A stretch of 64,000 nucleotides of DNA from contig CAXHJY010000096.1 in the NCBI GenBank assembly GCA_964016885.1, positions 2,418,001-2,482,000 of the forward strand, given 5' to 3'. The position numbers were made by a program, and so were the translations under genes. The notes beneath the pieces were generated by a model. That model was not told where the DNA came from and did no database searches. It saw only the letters and a program-made list of their open reading frames with translations. This DNA is from Eledone cirrhosa. Its lineage: Eukaryota. This document shows, in pieces, positions 41,722-57,500 of this stretch. The stretch's first letter is position 1. Every line of letters starts with the position of its first letter.

Positions 41722-42559
41722 TAAAAAAATCAGGGGGAGATAATTTGTAAAAAAAAATCAGGGGGAGATAATTTGTAAAAAAAATCAAGGGGAGATAATT
41801 TCCAGCCGTCCAAGGGGAGATAATTTTCAGCCGTCCAAAGAGAGGTAATTTCTAACCATCCGAGGAGAGATAATTTCCAGCCGTCCAAGGGGAGATAATT
41901 TCCAGCCGTCCAAGGGGAGATAATTTCCAGCCGTCCAAGGAGACATATTTTCCAGCCGTCCAAGGAGAGGTAATTTCTAGCCGTCCAAGGGGAGATAAAT
42001 TCCAGCCTCCAAGGGGAGATAATTTCCAGCCAGCCAAATGGAGATAATTTGTAAAAAAATCAGGGGGAGATAATTTGCAAAAAAAATCAGGGGGAGATAA
42101 TTTGTAAAAAATAATCAGGGGGAGATAATTTCCAGCCGTCCAAGGGGAGATAATTTAAAAAAAAATCAGGCGGAGATAATTTGTAAAAAAAAATCAGGGG
42201 GAGATAATTTGTAAAAAAAAATCAGGGGGAGATAATTTGTAAAAAAAATCAAGGGGAGATAATTTCCAGCCGTCCAAGGGAAGATAATTTCCAGCCCTCC
42301 AAGGGGCTATAATTTCCAGTGTCCAAGGGGAGATAATTTCCAGCCAGCGAAGGGGAGATAATTTTTTTTAAAAAATCATTGGGAGATTTGTAAAAAAAAT
42401 CAGGGGGAGATAATTTGTAAAAAAAATCAAGGGTAGATAATTTCCAGCCGTCCAAGGGGAGGTAATATCTAGCCGTCCAAGGGGAGATAATTTCCAGCCG
42501 TCCAAGGGGAGATAATTTCCAGCCGTCCCAGGGTAGATAATATCCAGCCGCCCAAGGAC

Positions 42560-45500
42560 ATATTTTCCAGCCGTCCAAGGAGAGGTAATTTCTAGCCGTC
42601 CAAGGGGAGATAAATTCCAGCCTCCAAGGGGAGATAATTTCCAGCCAGCCAAGGGGAGATAATTTGTAAAAAAATCAGGGGGAGATAATTTGTAAAAAAA
42701 ATCAGGGGGAGATAATTTGTAAAAAAAAATCAGGGGGAGATAATTTGTAAAAAAAAATCAGGGGGAGATAATTTGCAAAAAAAATCAGGGGGAGATAATT
42801 TGTAAAAAAAAATCAGGGGTAGATAATTTGTAAAAAAAAATCAGGGGGAGATAATTTGTAAAAAAAAATCAGGGGGAGATAATTTGTAAAAAAAATCAAG
42901 GGGAGATAATTTCCAGCCGTCCAAGGAGAGATAATTTTAAAAAAAATCAGGCGGAGATAATTTGTAAAAAAAAATCAGGGGGAGATAATTTGTAAAAAAA
43001 ATCAGGGGGAGATAATTTGTAAAAAAAAATCAGGGGTAGATAATTTGTAAAAAAAAATCAGGGGGAGATAATTTGTAAAAAAAAATCAGGGGGAGATAAT
43101 TTGTAAAAAAAATCAAGGGGAGATAATTTCCAGCCGTCCAAGGAGAGATAATTTTAAAAAAAATCAGGCGGAGATAATTTGTAAAAAAAAATTAGGGGGA
43201 GATAATTTGTAAAAAAAAATCAGGGGGAGATAATTTGTAAAAAAAATCAAGGGGAGATAATTTCCAGCCGTCCAAGGGGAGATAATTTTCAGCCGTCCAA
43301 GGGGAGATAATTTCCCGCCAGCCAAGGGAAGATAATATTCAAAAAAATCAGGCGGAGATAATTTGTAAAAAAAATCAGGGGGAGATAATTTGTAAAAAAA
43401 TCAGGGGGAGATAATTTGTAAAAAAAAAAATCAGGGGGAGATAATTTGTAAAAAAAATCAGGGGGAGATAATTTGTAAAAAAAAATCAGGGGTAGATAAT
43501 TTGTAAAAAAAAATCAGGGGGAGATAATTTGTAAAAAAAAATCAGGGGGAGATAATTTGTAAAAAAAATGAAAGGGGAGATAATATCCAGCCGTCCAAGG
43601 GGAGATAATTTCCAGCCGTCCAAGGGGAGATAATTTCCAGCCGTCCAAGGGGAGATAATTTCCATCCTTCCAAGGGGATATAATTTCCAGCCGTCCAAGG
43701 GGAGATAATTTCCATCCTTCCAAGGGGATATAATTTCCAGCCGTCCAAGGGGAGATAATTTTCAGCCGTCCAAGGAGAGGTAATTTCTAGCCGTCCAAGG
43801 AGAGATAATTTCCAGCCGTCCAAGGGGAGATAATTTCCAGCCGTCCAAGGGGAGATAATTTCCAGCCGTCCAAGGAGACATATTTTCCAGCCGTCCAAGG
43901 AGAGGTAATTCCTAGCCGTCCAAGGGGAGATAAATTCCAGCCTCCAAGGGGAGATAATTTCCAGCCAGCCAAGGGGAGATAATTTGTAAAAAAAATCAGG
44001 GGGAGATAATTTGTAAAAAAAATCAGGGGGAGATAATTTGTAAAAAAAAATCAGGGGGAGATAATTTGTAAAAAATAATCAGGGGGAGATAATTTGTAAA
44101 AAAAATCAAGGGGAGATAATTTCCAGCCGTCCAAGGGGAGATAATTTTCAGCCGTCCAAGGGGAGATAATTTCCCGCCAGCCAAGGGAAGATAATATTTA
44201 AAAAAATTAGGCGGAGATAATTTGTAAAAAAAATCAGGGGGAGATAATTTGTAAAAAAATCAGGGGGAGATAATTTGTAAAAAAAATCAGGGGGAGATAA
44301 TTTGTAAAAAAAATCAGGGGGAGATAATTTGTAAAAAAAAATCAGGGGGAGATAATTTGTAAAAAAAATCAAGGGGAGATAATTTCCAGCCGTCCAAGGG
44401 AAGATAATTTCCAGCCCTCCAAGGGGCTATAATTTCCAGCGTCCAAGGGGAGATAATTTCCAGCCAGCGAAGGGGAGATAATTTTTTTTAAAAAATCATT
44501 GGGAGATTTGTAAAAAAAATCAGGGGGAGATAATTTGTAAAAAAAATCAAGGGGAGATAATTTCCAGCCGTCCAAGGGGAGGTAATATCTAGCCGTCCAA
44601 GGGGAGATAATTTCCAGCCGTCCAAGGGGAGATAATTTCCAGCCGTCCAAGGGTAGATAATATCCAGCCGTCCAAGGACATATTTTCCAGCCGTCCAAGG
44701 AGAGGTAATTTCAAGCCGTCCAAGGGGAGATAAATTCCAGCCTCCAAGGTGAGATACTTCCAGCCAGCCAAGGGGAGATAATTTGTAAAAAAATCAGGGG
44801 GAGATAATTTGTAAAAAAAATCAGGGGGAGATAATTTGTAAAAAAAAATCAGGGGGAGATAATTTGTAAAAAAAAATCAGGGGGAGATAATTTGTAAAAA
44901 AAAATCAGGGGGAGATAATTTGTAAAAAAATCAAGGGGAGATAATTTCCAGCCGTCCAAGGGGAGATAATTTTCAGCCGTCCAAGGGGAGATAATTTCCC
45001 GCCAGCCAAGGGAAGATAATATTTGAAAAAATCAGGCGGAGATAATTTGTAAAAAAAATCAGGGGGAGATAATTTGTAAAAAAATCAGGGGGAGATAATT
45101 TGTAAAAAAAAAATCAGGGGGAGATAATTTGTAAAAAGAATCAGGGGGAGATAATTTGTAAAAAAAAATCAGGGGTAGATAAATTGTAAAAAAAAATCAG
45201 GGGGAGATAATTTGTAAAAAAAATCAGGGGGAGATAATTTGTAAAAAAAATGAAAGGGGAGATAATATCCAGCCGTCCAAGGGGAGATAATTTCCAGCCG
45301 TCCAAGGGGAGATAATTTCCAGCCGTCCAAGGGGAGATAATTTCCATCCTTCCAAGGGGATATAATTTCCAGCCGTCCAAGGGGAGATAATTTCCCGCCA
45401 GCCAAGGGAAGATAATTTTTAAAAAAATCAGGCGGAGATTGTAAAAAAAATCAGGGGGGAGATAATTTGTAAAAAAATCAGGGGGAGATAATTTGTAAAA

Positions 45501-48500
45501 AAAAATCAGGGGGAGATAATTTGTAAAAAATATTCAGGGGGAGATAATTTGTAAAAAAAATCAAGGGGAGATAATTTCCAGCCGTCCAAGGGGAGATAAT
45601 TTCCCGCCAGCCAAGGGAAGATAATATTTAAAAAAATTAGGCGGAGATAATTTGTAAAAAAAATCAGGGGGAGATAATTTGTAAAAAAATCAGGGGGAGA
45701 TAATTTGTAAAAAAAATCAGGGGGAGATAATTTGTAAAAAAATTCATGGGGAGATAATTTGTAAAAAAAAATCAGGGGTAGATAATTTGTAAAAAAAAAT
45801 CAGGGGGAGATAATTTGTAAAAAAAAATCAGGGGGAGATAATTTGTAAAAAAAATCAAGGGGAGATAATTTCCAGCCGTCCAAGGGGAGATAATTTTCAG
45901 CCGTCCAAGGAGAGGTAATTTCTAGCCGTCCAAGGGGAGATAATTTCCAGCCGTCCAAGGGGAGGTAATTTCCAGCCGTCCAAGGGGAGATAATTTTTAA
46001 AAAAAAATCAGTCGGAGATAATTTGTAAAAAAAATCAAGGGGAGATAATTTGCAGCCGTCCAAGGGGAGATAATTTTCAGTCGTCCAAGGAGAGGTAATT
46101 TCTAGCCGTCCAAGGGGAGATAATTGCCAGCCGTCCAAGGGGAGATAATTTCCAGCCGTCCAAGGGGAGATAATTTTTTTTAAAAAATCAGGCGGAGATA
46201 ATTTGTAAAAAAAATCAGGGGGAGATAATTTGTAAACAAAATCAGGGGGAGATAATTTGTAAAAAAAAATCAGGGGGAGATAATTTGTAAAAAAAATCAT
46301 GGAGAGATAATTTCCAGCCGTCCAAGGTGAGATAATTTCCAGCCGTCCAAGGAGACATATTTTCCAGCCGTCCAAGGCGAGGTAATTTCTAGCCGTCCAA
46401 GGGGAGATAAATTCCAGCCTCCAAGGGGAGATAATTTCCAGCTAGCCAAGTGGAGATAATTTGTAAAAAAATCAGGGGGAGATAATTTGTAAAAAATATC
46501 AGGGAGATAATTTGTAAAAAAAAATCAGGGGGAGATAATTTGTAAAAAAAATCAGGGGGAGATAATTTGTAAAAAAAAATCAGGGGGAGATAATTTGTAA
46601 AAAAAATCAAGGGGAGATAATTTCCAGCCGTCCAAGGGGAGATAATTTTCAGCCGTCCAAGGGGAGATAATTTCCCGCCAGCCAAGGGAAGATAATATTT
46701 AAAAAAATCAGGCGGAGATAATTTGTAAAAAAAATCAGGGGGAGATAATTTGTAAAAAAATCAGGGGGAGATAATTTGTAAAAAAAAAATCAGGGGGAGA
46801 TAATTTGTAAAAAAAATCAGGGGGAGATAATTTGTAAAAAAAAATCAGGGATAGATAATTTGTAAACAAAAATCAGGGGGAGATAATTTGTAAAAAAAAA
46901 TCAGGGGGAGATAATTTGTAAAAAAAATGAAAGGGGAGATAATATCCAGCCGTCCAAGGGGAGATAATTTCCAGCCGTCCAAGGGGATATAATTTCCAGC
47001 CGTCCAAGGGGAGATAATTTCCATCCTTCCAAGGGGATATAATTTCCAGCCGTCCAAGGGGAGATAATTTCCCGCCAGCCAAGGGAAGATAATTTTTAAA
47101 AAAATCAGGCGGAGATTGTAAAAAAAATCAGGGGGGAGATAATTTGTAAAAAAATCAGGGGGAGATAATTTGTAAAAAATAATCAGGGGGAGATAATTTG
47201 TAAAAAAATTCAAGGGGAGATAATTTCCAGCCGTCCAAGGGGAGATAATTTCCCGCCAGCCAAGGGAAGATAATATTTAAAAAAATTAGGCGGAGATAAT
47301 TTGTAAAAAAAATCAGGGGGAGATAATTTGTAAAAAAATCAGGGGGAGATAATTTGTAAAAAAAATCAGGGGGAGATAATTTGTAAAAAAAATCATGGGG
47401 AGATAATTTGTAAAAAAAAATCAGGGGTAGATAATTTGTAAAAAAAAATCAGGGGGAGATAATTTGTAAAAAAAAATCAGGGGGAGATAATTTGTAAAAA
47501 AAATCAAGGGGAGATAATATCCAGCCGTCCAAGGAGAGATAATTTAAAAAAAAAATGAGGCGGAGATAATTTGTAAAAAAAAAATCAGGGGGAGTTAATT
47601 TGTAAAAAAAAATGAGGGGGAGATAATTTGTAAAAAAAATCAAGGGGAGATAATTTCCAGCCGTCCAAGGGGAGATAATTTTCAGCCGTCCAAGGAGAGG
47701 TAATTTCTAGCCGTCCAAGGGGAGATAATTTCCAGCCGTCCAAGGGGAGGTAATTTCCAGCCGTCCAAGGGGAGATAATTTTAAAAAAAAAATCAGGCGG
47801 AGATAATTTGTAAAAAAAATCAAGGGGAGATAATTTGCAGCCGTCCAAGGGGAGATAATTTTCAGTCGTCCAAGGAGAGGTAATTTCTAGCCGTCCAAGG
47901 GGAGATAATTTCCAGCCGTCCAAGGGGAGATAATTTCCAGCCGTCCAAGGGGAGATAATTTTTTTTAAAAAATCAGGCGGAGATAATTTGTAAAAAAAAT
48001 CAGGGGGAGATAATTTGTAAACAAAATCAGGGGGAGATAATTTGTAAAAAAAAATCAGGGGGAGATAATTTGTAAAAAAAATTAGGCGTAGATAATTTGT
48101 AAAAAAAAATCAGGGGGAGATAATTTGTAAAAAAAAATCAGGGGGAGATAATTTGTTTAAAAAATCAAGGGGAGATAATTTGCAGCCGTCCAAGGGGAGA
48201 TAATTTTCAGCCGTCCAAGGAGAGGTAATTTCTAGCCGTTCAAGGGGAGATAATTTCCAGCCGTCCAAGGGGAGATAATTTCCAGCCGTCCAAGGGGAGA
48301 TAATTTTTTTTAAAAAATCAGGCGGAGATAATTTGTAAAAAAAAATCAGGGGGAGATAATTCGTAAAAAAAAATCAGGGGGAGATAATTTGTAAAAAAAA
48401 ATCAGGGGGAGATAATTTGTAAAAAAAATCAAGGGGAGATAATTTCCAGCCGTCCAAGGGGAGGTAATATCTAGCCGTCCAAGGGGAGATAATTTCCAGC

Positions 48501-51500
48501 CGTCCAAGGGGAGATAATTTCCAGCCGTCCAAGGGGAGATAATTTCCAGCCGTCCAAGGAGACATATTTTCCAGCCGTCCAAGGCGAGGTAATTTCTAGC
48601 CGTCCAAGGGGAGATTAATTCCAGCCTCCAAGGGGAGATAATTTCCAGCCAGCCAAGGGGAGATAATTTGTAAAAAAATCAGGGGGAGATAATTTGTAAA
48701 AAATATCAGGGAGATAATTTGTAAAAAAAAATCAGGGGGAGATAATTTGTAAAAAAAATCAGGGGGAGATAATTTGTAAAAAAAAATCAGGGGGAGATAA
48801 TTTGTAAAAAAAATCAAGGGGAGATAATTTCCAGCCGTCCAAGGGGAGATAATTTTCAGCCGTCCAAGGAGAGGTAATTTCTAACCGTCCGAGGAGAGAT
48901 AATTTCCAGCCGTCCAAGGGGAGATAATTTCCAGCCGTCCAAGGGGAGATAATTTCCAGCCGTCCAAGGAGACATATTTTCCAGCCGTCCAAGGAGAGGT
49001 AATTTCTAGCCGTCCAAGGGGAGATAAATTCCAGCCTCCAAGGGGAGATAATTTCCAGCCAGCCAAGGGGAGATAATTTGTAAAAAAATCAGGGGGAGAT
49101 AATTTGCAAAAAAAATCAGGGGGAGATAATTTGTAAAAAAAATCAGGGGGAGATAATTTGTAAAAAATAATCAGGGGGAGATAATTTCCAGCCGTCCAAG
49201 GGAAGATAATTTCCAGCCCTCCAAGGGGCTATAATTTCCAGTGTCCAAGGGGAGATAATTTCCAGCCAGCGAAGGGGAGATAATTTTTTTTAAAAAATCA
49301 TTGGGAGATTTGTAAAAAAAATCAGGGGGAGATAATTTGTAAAAAAAATCAAGGGGAGATAATTTCCAGCCGTCCAAGGGGAGGTAATATCTAGCCGTCC
49401 AAGGGTAGATAATTTCCAGCCGTCCAACGGGAGATAATTTCCAGCCGTCCAAGGGTAGATCATATCCAGCCGCCCAAGGACATATTTTCCAGCCGTCCAA
49501 GGAGAGGTAATTTCTAGCCGTCCAAGGGGAGATAATTTCCAGCCGTCCAAGGGTAGATAATATCCAGCCGTCCAAGGACATATTTTCCAGCCGTCCAAGG
49601 AGAGGTAATTTCTAGCCGTCCAAGGGGAGATAAATTCCAGCCTCCAAGGGGAGATAATTTCCAGCCAGCCAAGGGGAGATAATTTGTAAAAAAATCAGGG
49701 GGAGATAATTTGTAAAAAAAATCAGGGGGAGATAATTTGTAAAAAAAAATCAGGGGGAGATAATTTGTAAAAAAAAATCAGGGTGAGATAATTTGCAAAA
49801 AAAATCAGGGGGAGATAATTTGTAAAAAAAAATCAGGGGTAGATAATTTGTAAAAAAAAATCAGGGGGAGATAATTTGTAAAAAAAAATCAGGGGGAGAT
49901 AATTTGTAAAAAAAATCAAGGGGAGATAATTTCCAGCCGTCCAAGAAGAGATAATTTAAAAAAAAATCAGGCGGAGATAATTTGTAAAAAAAAATCAGGG
50001 GGAGATAATTTGTAAAAAAAATCAGGGGGAGATAATTTGTAAAAAAAAATCAGGGGTAGATAATTTGTAAAAAAAAATCAGGGGGAGATAATTTGTAAAA
50101 AAAAATCAGGAGGAGATAATTTGTAAAAAAAATCAAGGGGAGATAATTTCCAGCCGTCCAAGGAGAGATAATTTAAAAAAAAATCAGGCGGAGATAATTT
50201 GTAAAAAAAAATCAGGGGGAGATAATTTGTAAAAAAAAATCAGGGGGAGATAATTTGTAAAAAAAATCAAGGGGAGATAATTTCCAGCCGTCCAAGGGGA
50301 GATAATTTTCAGCCGTCCAAGGGGAGATAATTTCCCGCCAGCCAAGGGAAGATAATATTCAAAAAAATCAGGCGGAGATAATTTGTAAAAAAAATCAGGG
50401 GGAGATAATTTGTAAAAAAATCAGGGGGAGATAATTTGTAAAAAAAAAATCAGGGGGAGATAATTTGTAAAAAAAATCAGGGGGAGATAATTTGTAAAAA
50501 AAATCAGGGGTAGATAATTTGTAAAAAAAAATCAGGGGGAGATAATTTGTAAAAAAAAATCAGGGGGAGATAATTTGTAAAAAAAATGAAAGGGGAGATA
50601 ATATCCAGCCGTCCAAGGGGAGATAATTTCCAGCCGTCCAAGGGGAGATAATTTCCAGCCGTCCAAGGGGAGATAATTTCCATCCTTCCAAGGGGATATA
50701 ATTTCCAGCCGTCCAAGGGGAGATAATTTCCATCCTTCCAAGGGGATATAATTTCCAGCCGTCCAAGGGGAGATAATTTTCAGCCGTCCAAGGAGAGGTA
50801 ATTTCTAGCCGTCCAAGGAGAGATAATTTCCAGCCGTCCAAGGGGAGATAATTTCCAGCCGTCCAAGGGGAGATAATTTCCAGCCGTCCAAGGAGACATA
50901 TTTTCCAGCCGTCCAAGGAGAGGTAATTCCTAGCCGTCCAAGGGGAGATAAATTCCAGCCTCCAAGGGGAGATAATTTCCAGCCAGCCAAGGGGAGATAA
51001 TTTGTAAAAAAAATCAGGGGGAGATAATTTGTAAAAAAAATCAGGGGGAGATAATTTGTAAAAAAAAATCAGGGGTAGATAATTTGTAAAAAATAATCAG
51101 GGGGAGATAATTTGTAAAAAAAATCAAGGGGAGATAATTTCCAGCCGTCCAAGGGGAGATAATTTTCAGCCGTCCAAGGGGAGATAATTTCCCGCCAGCC
51201 AAGGGAAGATAATATTTAAAAAAATTAGGCGGAGATAATTTGTAAAAAAAATCAGGGGGAGATAATTTGTAAAAAAATCAGGGGGAGATAATTTGTAAAA
51301 AAAATCAGGGGGAGATAATTTGTAAAAAAAATCAGGGGGAGATAATTTGTAAAAAAAAATCAGGGGGAGATAATTTGTAAAAAAAATCAAGGGGAGATAA
51401 TTTCCAGCCGTCCAAGGGAAGATAATTTCCAGCCCTCCAAGGGGCTATAATTTCCAGCGTCCAAGGGGAGATAATTTCCAGCCAGCGAAGGGGAGATAAT

Positions 51501-54500
51501 TTTTTTTAAAAAATCATTGGGAGATTTGTAAAAAAAATCAGGGGGAGATAATTTGTAAAAAAAATCAAGGGGAGATAATTTCCAGCCGTCCAAGGGGAGG
51601 TAATATCTAGCCGTCCAAGGGGAGATAATTTCCAGCCGTCCAAGGGGAGATAATTTCCAGCCGTCCAAGGGTAGATAATATCCAGCCGTCCAAGGACATA
51701 TTTTCCAGCCGTCCAAGGAGAGGTAATTTCTAGCCGTCCAAGGGGAGATAAATTCCAGCCTCCAAGGTGAGATAATTTCCAGCCAGCCAAGGGGAGATAA
51801 TTTGTAAAAAAATCAGGGGGAGATAATTTGTAAAAAAAATCAGGGGGAGATAATTTGTAAAAAAAAATCAGGGGGAGATAATTTGTAAAAAAAAATCAGG
51901 GGGAGATAATTTGTAAAAAAAAATCAGGGGGAGATAATTTGTAAAAAAATCAAGGGGAGATAATTTCCAGCCGTCCAAGGGGAGATAATTTTCAGCCGTC
52001 CAAGGGGAGATAATTTCCCGCCAGCCAAGGGAAGATAATATTTGAAAAAATCAGGCGGAGATAATTTGTAAAAAAAATCAGGGGGAGATAATTTGTAAAA
52101 AAATCAGGGGGAGATAATTTGTAAAAAAAAAATCAGGGGGAGATAATTTGTAAAAAGAATCAGGGGGAGATAATTTGTAAAAAAAAATCAGGGGTAGATA
52201 AATTGTAAAAAAAAATCAGGGGGAGATAATTTGTAAAAAAAATCAGGGGGAGATAATTTGTAAAAAAAATGAAAGGGGAGATAATATCCAGCCGTCCAAG
52301 GGGAGATAATTTCCAGCCGTCCAAGGGGAGATAATTTCCAGCCGTCCAAGGGGAGATAATTTCCATCCTTCCAAGGGGATATAATTTCCAGCCGTCCAAG
52401 GGGAGATAATTTCCCGCCAGCCAAGGGAAGATAATTTTTAAAAAAATCAGGCGGAGATTGTAAAAAAAATCAGGGGGGAGATAATTTGTAAAAAAATCAG
52501 GGGGAGATAATTTGTAAAAAAAAATCAGGGGGAGATAATTTGTAAAAAATATTCAGGGGGAGATAATTTGTAAAAAAAATCAAGGGGAGATAATTTCCAG
52601 CCGTCCAAGGGGAGATAATTTCCCGCCAGCCAAGGGAAGATAATATTTAAAAAAATTAGGCGGAGATAATTTGTAAAAAAAATCAGGGGGAGATAATTTG
52701 TAAAAAAATCAGGGGGAGATAATTTGTAAAAAAAATCAGGGGGAGATAATTTGTAAAAAAATTCATGGGGAGATAATTTGTAAAAAAAAATCAGGGGTAG
52801 ATAATTTGTAAAAAAAAATCAGGGGGAGATAATTTGTAAAAAAAAATCAGGGGGAGATAATTTGTAAAAAAAATCAAGGGGAGATAATTTCCAGCCGTCC
52901 AAGGGGAGATAATTTTCAGCCGTCCAAGGAGAGGTAATTTCTAGCCGTCCAAGGGGAGATAATTTCCAGCCGTCCAAGGGGAGGTAATTTCCAGCCGTCC
53001 AAGGGGAGATAATTTTAAAAAAAAAATCAGTCGGAGATAATTTGTAAAAAAAATCAAGGGGAGATAATTTGCAGCCGTCCAAGGGGAGATAATTTTCAGT
53101 CGTCCAAGGAGAGGTAATTTCTAGCCGTCCAAGGGGAGATAATTGCCAGCCGTCCAAGGGGAGATAATTTCCAGCCGTCCAAGGGGAGATAATTTTTTTT
53201 AAAAAATCAGGCGGAGATAATTTGTAAAAAAAATCAGGGGGAGATAATTTGTAAACAAAATCAGGGGGAGATAATTTGTAAAAAAAAATCAGGGGGAGAT
53301 AATTTGTAAAAAAAATCATGGAGAGATAATTTCCAGCCGTCCAAGGTGAGATAATTTCCAGCCGTCCAAGGAGACATATTTTCCAGCCGTCCAAGGCGAG
53401 GTAATTTCTAGCCGTCCAAGGGGAGATAAATTCCAGCCTCCAAGGGGAGATAATTTCCAGCTAGCCAAGTGGAGATAATTTGTAAAAAAATCAGGGGGAG
53501 ATAATTTGTAAAAAATATCAGGGAGATAATTTGTAAAAAAAAATCAGGGGGAGATAATTTGTAAAAAAAATCAGGGGGAGATAATTTGTAAAAAAAAATC
53601 AGGGGGAGATAATTTGTAAAAAAAATCAAGGGGAGATAATTTCCAGCCGTCCAAGGGGAGATAATTTTCAGCCGTCCAAGGGGAGATAATTTCCCGCCAG
53701 CCAAGGGAAGATAATATTTAAAAAAATCAGGCGGAGATAATTTGTAAAAAAAATCAGGGGGAGATAATTTGTAAAAAAATCAGGGGGAGATAATTTGTAA
53801 AAAAAAAATCAGGGGGAGATAATTTGTAAAAAAAATCAGGGGGAGATAATTTGTAAAAAAAAATCAGGGATAGATAATTTGTAAACAAAAATCAGGGGGA
53901 GATAATTTGTAAAAAAAAATCAGGGGGAGATAATTTGTAAAAAAAATGAAAGGGGAGATAATATCCAGCCGTCCAAGGGGAGATAATTTCCAGCCGTCCA
54001 AGGGGATATAATTTCCAGCCGTCCAAGGGGAGATAATTTCCATCCTTCCAAGGGGATATAATTTCCAGCCGTCCAAGGGGAGATAATTTCCCGCCAGCCA
54101 AGGGAAGATAATTTTTAAAAAAATCAGGCGGAGATTGTAAAAAAAATCAGGGGGGAGATAATTTGTAAAAAAATCAGGGGGAGATAATTTGTAAAAAATA
54201 ATCAGGGGGAGATAATTTGTAAAAAAATTCAAGGGGAGATAATTTCCAGCCGTCCAAGGGGAGATAATTTCCCGCCAGCCAAGGGAAGATAATATTTAAA
54301 AAAATTAGGCGGAGATAATTTGTAAAAAAAATCAGGGGGAGATAATTTGTAAAAAAATCAGGGGGAGATAATTTGTAAAAAAAATCAGGGGGAGATAATT
54401 TGTAAAAAAAATCATGGGGAGATAATTTGTAAAAAAAAATCAGGGGTAGATAATTTGTAAAAAAAAATCAGGGGGAGATAATTTGTAAAAAAAAATCAGG

Positions 54501-57500
54501 GGGAGATAATTTGTAAAAAAAATCAAGGGGAGATAATATCCAGCCGTCCAAGGAGAGATAATTTAAAAAAAAAATGAGGCGGAGATAATTTGTAAAAAAA
54601 AAATCAGGGGGAGTTAATTTGTAAAAAAAAATGAGGGGGAGATAATTTGTAAAAAAAATCAAGGGGAGATAATTTCCAGCCGTCCAAGGGGAGATAATTT
54701 TCAGCCGTCCAAGGAGAGGTAATTTCTAGCCGTCCAAGGGGAGATAATTTCCAGCCGTCCAAGGGGAGGTAATTTCCAGCCGTCCAAGGGGAGATAATTT
54801 TTAAAAAAAAATCAGGCGGAGATAATTTGTAAAAAAAATCAAGGGGAGATAATTTGCAGCCGTCCAAGGGGAGATAATTTTCAGTCGTCCAAGGAGAGGT
54901 AATTTCTAGCCGTCCAAGGGGAGATAATTTCCAGCCGTCCAAGGGGAGATAATTTCCAGCCGTCCAAGGGGAGATAATTTTTTTTAAAAAATCAGGCGGA
55001 GATAATTTGTAAAAAAAATCAGGGGGAGATAATTTGTAAACAAAATCAGGGGGAGATAATTTGTAAAAAAAAATCAGGGGGAGATAATTTGTAAAAAAAA
55101 TTAGGCGTAGATAATTTGTAAAAAAAAATCAGGGGGAGATAATTTGTAAAAAAAAATCAGGGGGAGATAATTTGTTTAAAAAATCAAGGGGAGATAATTT
55201 GCAGCCGTCCAAGGGGAGATAATTTTCAGCCGTCCAAGGAGAGGTAATTTCTAGCCGTTCAAGGGGAGATAATTTCCAGCCGTCCAAGGGGAGATAATTT
55301 CCAGCCGTCCAAGGGGAGATAATTTTTTTTAAAAAATCAGGCGGAGATAATTTGTAAAAAAAAATCAGGGGGAGATAATTCGTAAAAAAAAATCAGGGGG
55401 AGATAATTTGTAAAAAAAAATCAGGGGGAGATAATTTGTAAAAAAAATCAAGGGGAGATAATTTCCAGCCGTCCAAGGGGAGGTAATATCTAGCCGTCCA
55501 AGGGGAGATAATTTCCAGCCGTCCAAGGGGAGATAATTTCCAGCCGTCCAAGGGGAGATAATTTCCAGCCGTCCAAGGAGACATATTTTCCAGCCGTCCA
55601 AGGCGAGGTAATTTCTAGCCGTCCAAGGGGAGATTAATTCCAGCCTCCAAGGGGAGATAATTTCCAGCCAGCCAAGGGGAGATAATTTGTAAAAAAATCA
55701 GGGGGAGATAATTTGTAAAAAATATCAGGGAGATAATTTGTAAAAAAAAATCAGGGGGAGATAATTTGTAAAAAAAATCAGGGGGAGATAATTTGTAAAA
55801 AAAAATCAGGGGGAGATAATTTGTAAAAAAAATCAAGGGGAGATAATTTCCAGCCGTCCAAGGGGAGATAATTTTCAGCCGTCCAAGGAGAGGTAATTTC
55901 TAACCGTCCGAGGAGAGATAATTTCCAGCCGTCCAAGGGGAGATAATTTCCAGCCGTCCAAGGGGAGATAATTTCCAGCCGTCCAAGGAGACATATTTTC
56001 CAGCCGTCCAAGGAGAGGTAATTTCTAGCCGTCCAAGGGGAGATAAATTCCAGCCTCCAAGGGGAGATAATTTCCAGCCAGCCAAGGGGAGATAATTTGT
56101 AAAAAAATCAGGGGGAGATAATTTGCAAAAAAAATCAGGGGGAGATAATTTGTAAAAAAAATCAGGGGGAGATAATTTGTAAAAAATAATCAGGGGGAGA
56201 TAATTTCCAGCCGTCCAAGGGAAGATAATTTCCAGCCCTCCAAGGGGCTATAATTTCCAGTGTCCAAGGGGAGATAATTTCCAGCCAGCGAAGGGGAGAT
56301 AATTTTTTTTAAAAAATCATTGGGAGATTTGTAAAAAAAATCAGGGGGAGATAATTTGTAAAAAAAATCAAGGGGAGATAATTTCCAGCCGTCCAAGGGG
56401 AGGTAATATCTAGCCGTCCAAGGGTAGATAATTTCCAGCCGTCCAACGGGAGATAATTTCCAGCCGTCCAAGGGTAGATCATATCCAGCCGCCCAAGGAC
56501 ATATTTTCCAGCCGTCCAAGGAGAGGTAATTTCTAGCCGTCCAAGGGGAGATAATTTCCAGCCGTCCAAGGGTAGATAATATCCAGCCGTCCAAGGACAT
56601 ATTTTCCAGCCGTCCAAGGAGAGGTAATTTCTAGCCGTCCAAGGGGAGATAAATTCCAGCCTCCAAGGGGAGATAATTTCCAGCCAGCCAAGGGGAGATA
56701 ATTTGTAAAAAAATCAGGGGGAGATAATTTGTAAAAAAAATCAGGGGGAGATAATTTGTAAAAAAAAATCAGGGGGAGATAATTTGTAAAAAAAAATCAG
56801 GGTGAGATAATTTGCAAAAAAAATCAGGGGGAGATAATTTGTAAAAAAAAATCAGGGGTAGATAATTTGTAAAAAAAAATCAGGGGGAGATAATTTGTAA
56901 AAAAAAATCAGGGGGAGATAATTTGTAAAAAAAATCAAGGGGAGATAATTTCCAGCCGTCCAAGAAGAGATAATTTAAAAAAAAATCAGGCGGAGATAAT
57001 TTGTAAAAAAAAATCAGGGGGAGATAATTTGTAAAAAAAATCAGGGGGAGATAATTTGTAAAAAAAAATCAGGGGTAGATAATTTGTAAAAAAAAATCAG
57101 GGGGAGATAATTTGTAAAAAAAAATCAGGAGGAGATAATTTGTAAAAAAAATCAAGGGGAGATAATTTCCAGCCGTCCAAGGAGAGATAATTTAAAAAAA
57201 AATCAGGCGGAGATAATTTGTAAAAAAAAATCAGGGGGAGATAATTTGTAAAAAAAAATCAGGGGGAGATAATTTGTAAAAAAAATCAAGGGGAGATAAT
57301 TTCCAGCCGTCCAAGGGGAGATAATTTTCAGCCGTCCAAGGGGAGATAATTTCCCGCCAGCCAAGGGAAGATAATATTCAAAAAAATCAGGCGGAGATAA
57401 TTTGTAAAAAAAATCAGGGGGAGATAATTTGTAAAAAAATCAGGGGGAGATAATTTGTAAAAAAAAAATCAGGGGGAGATAATTTGTAAAAAAAATCAGG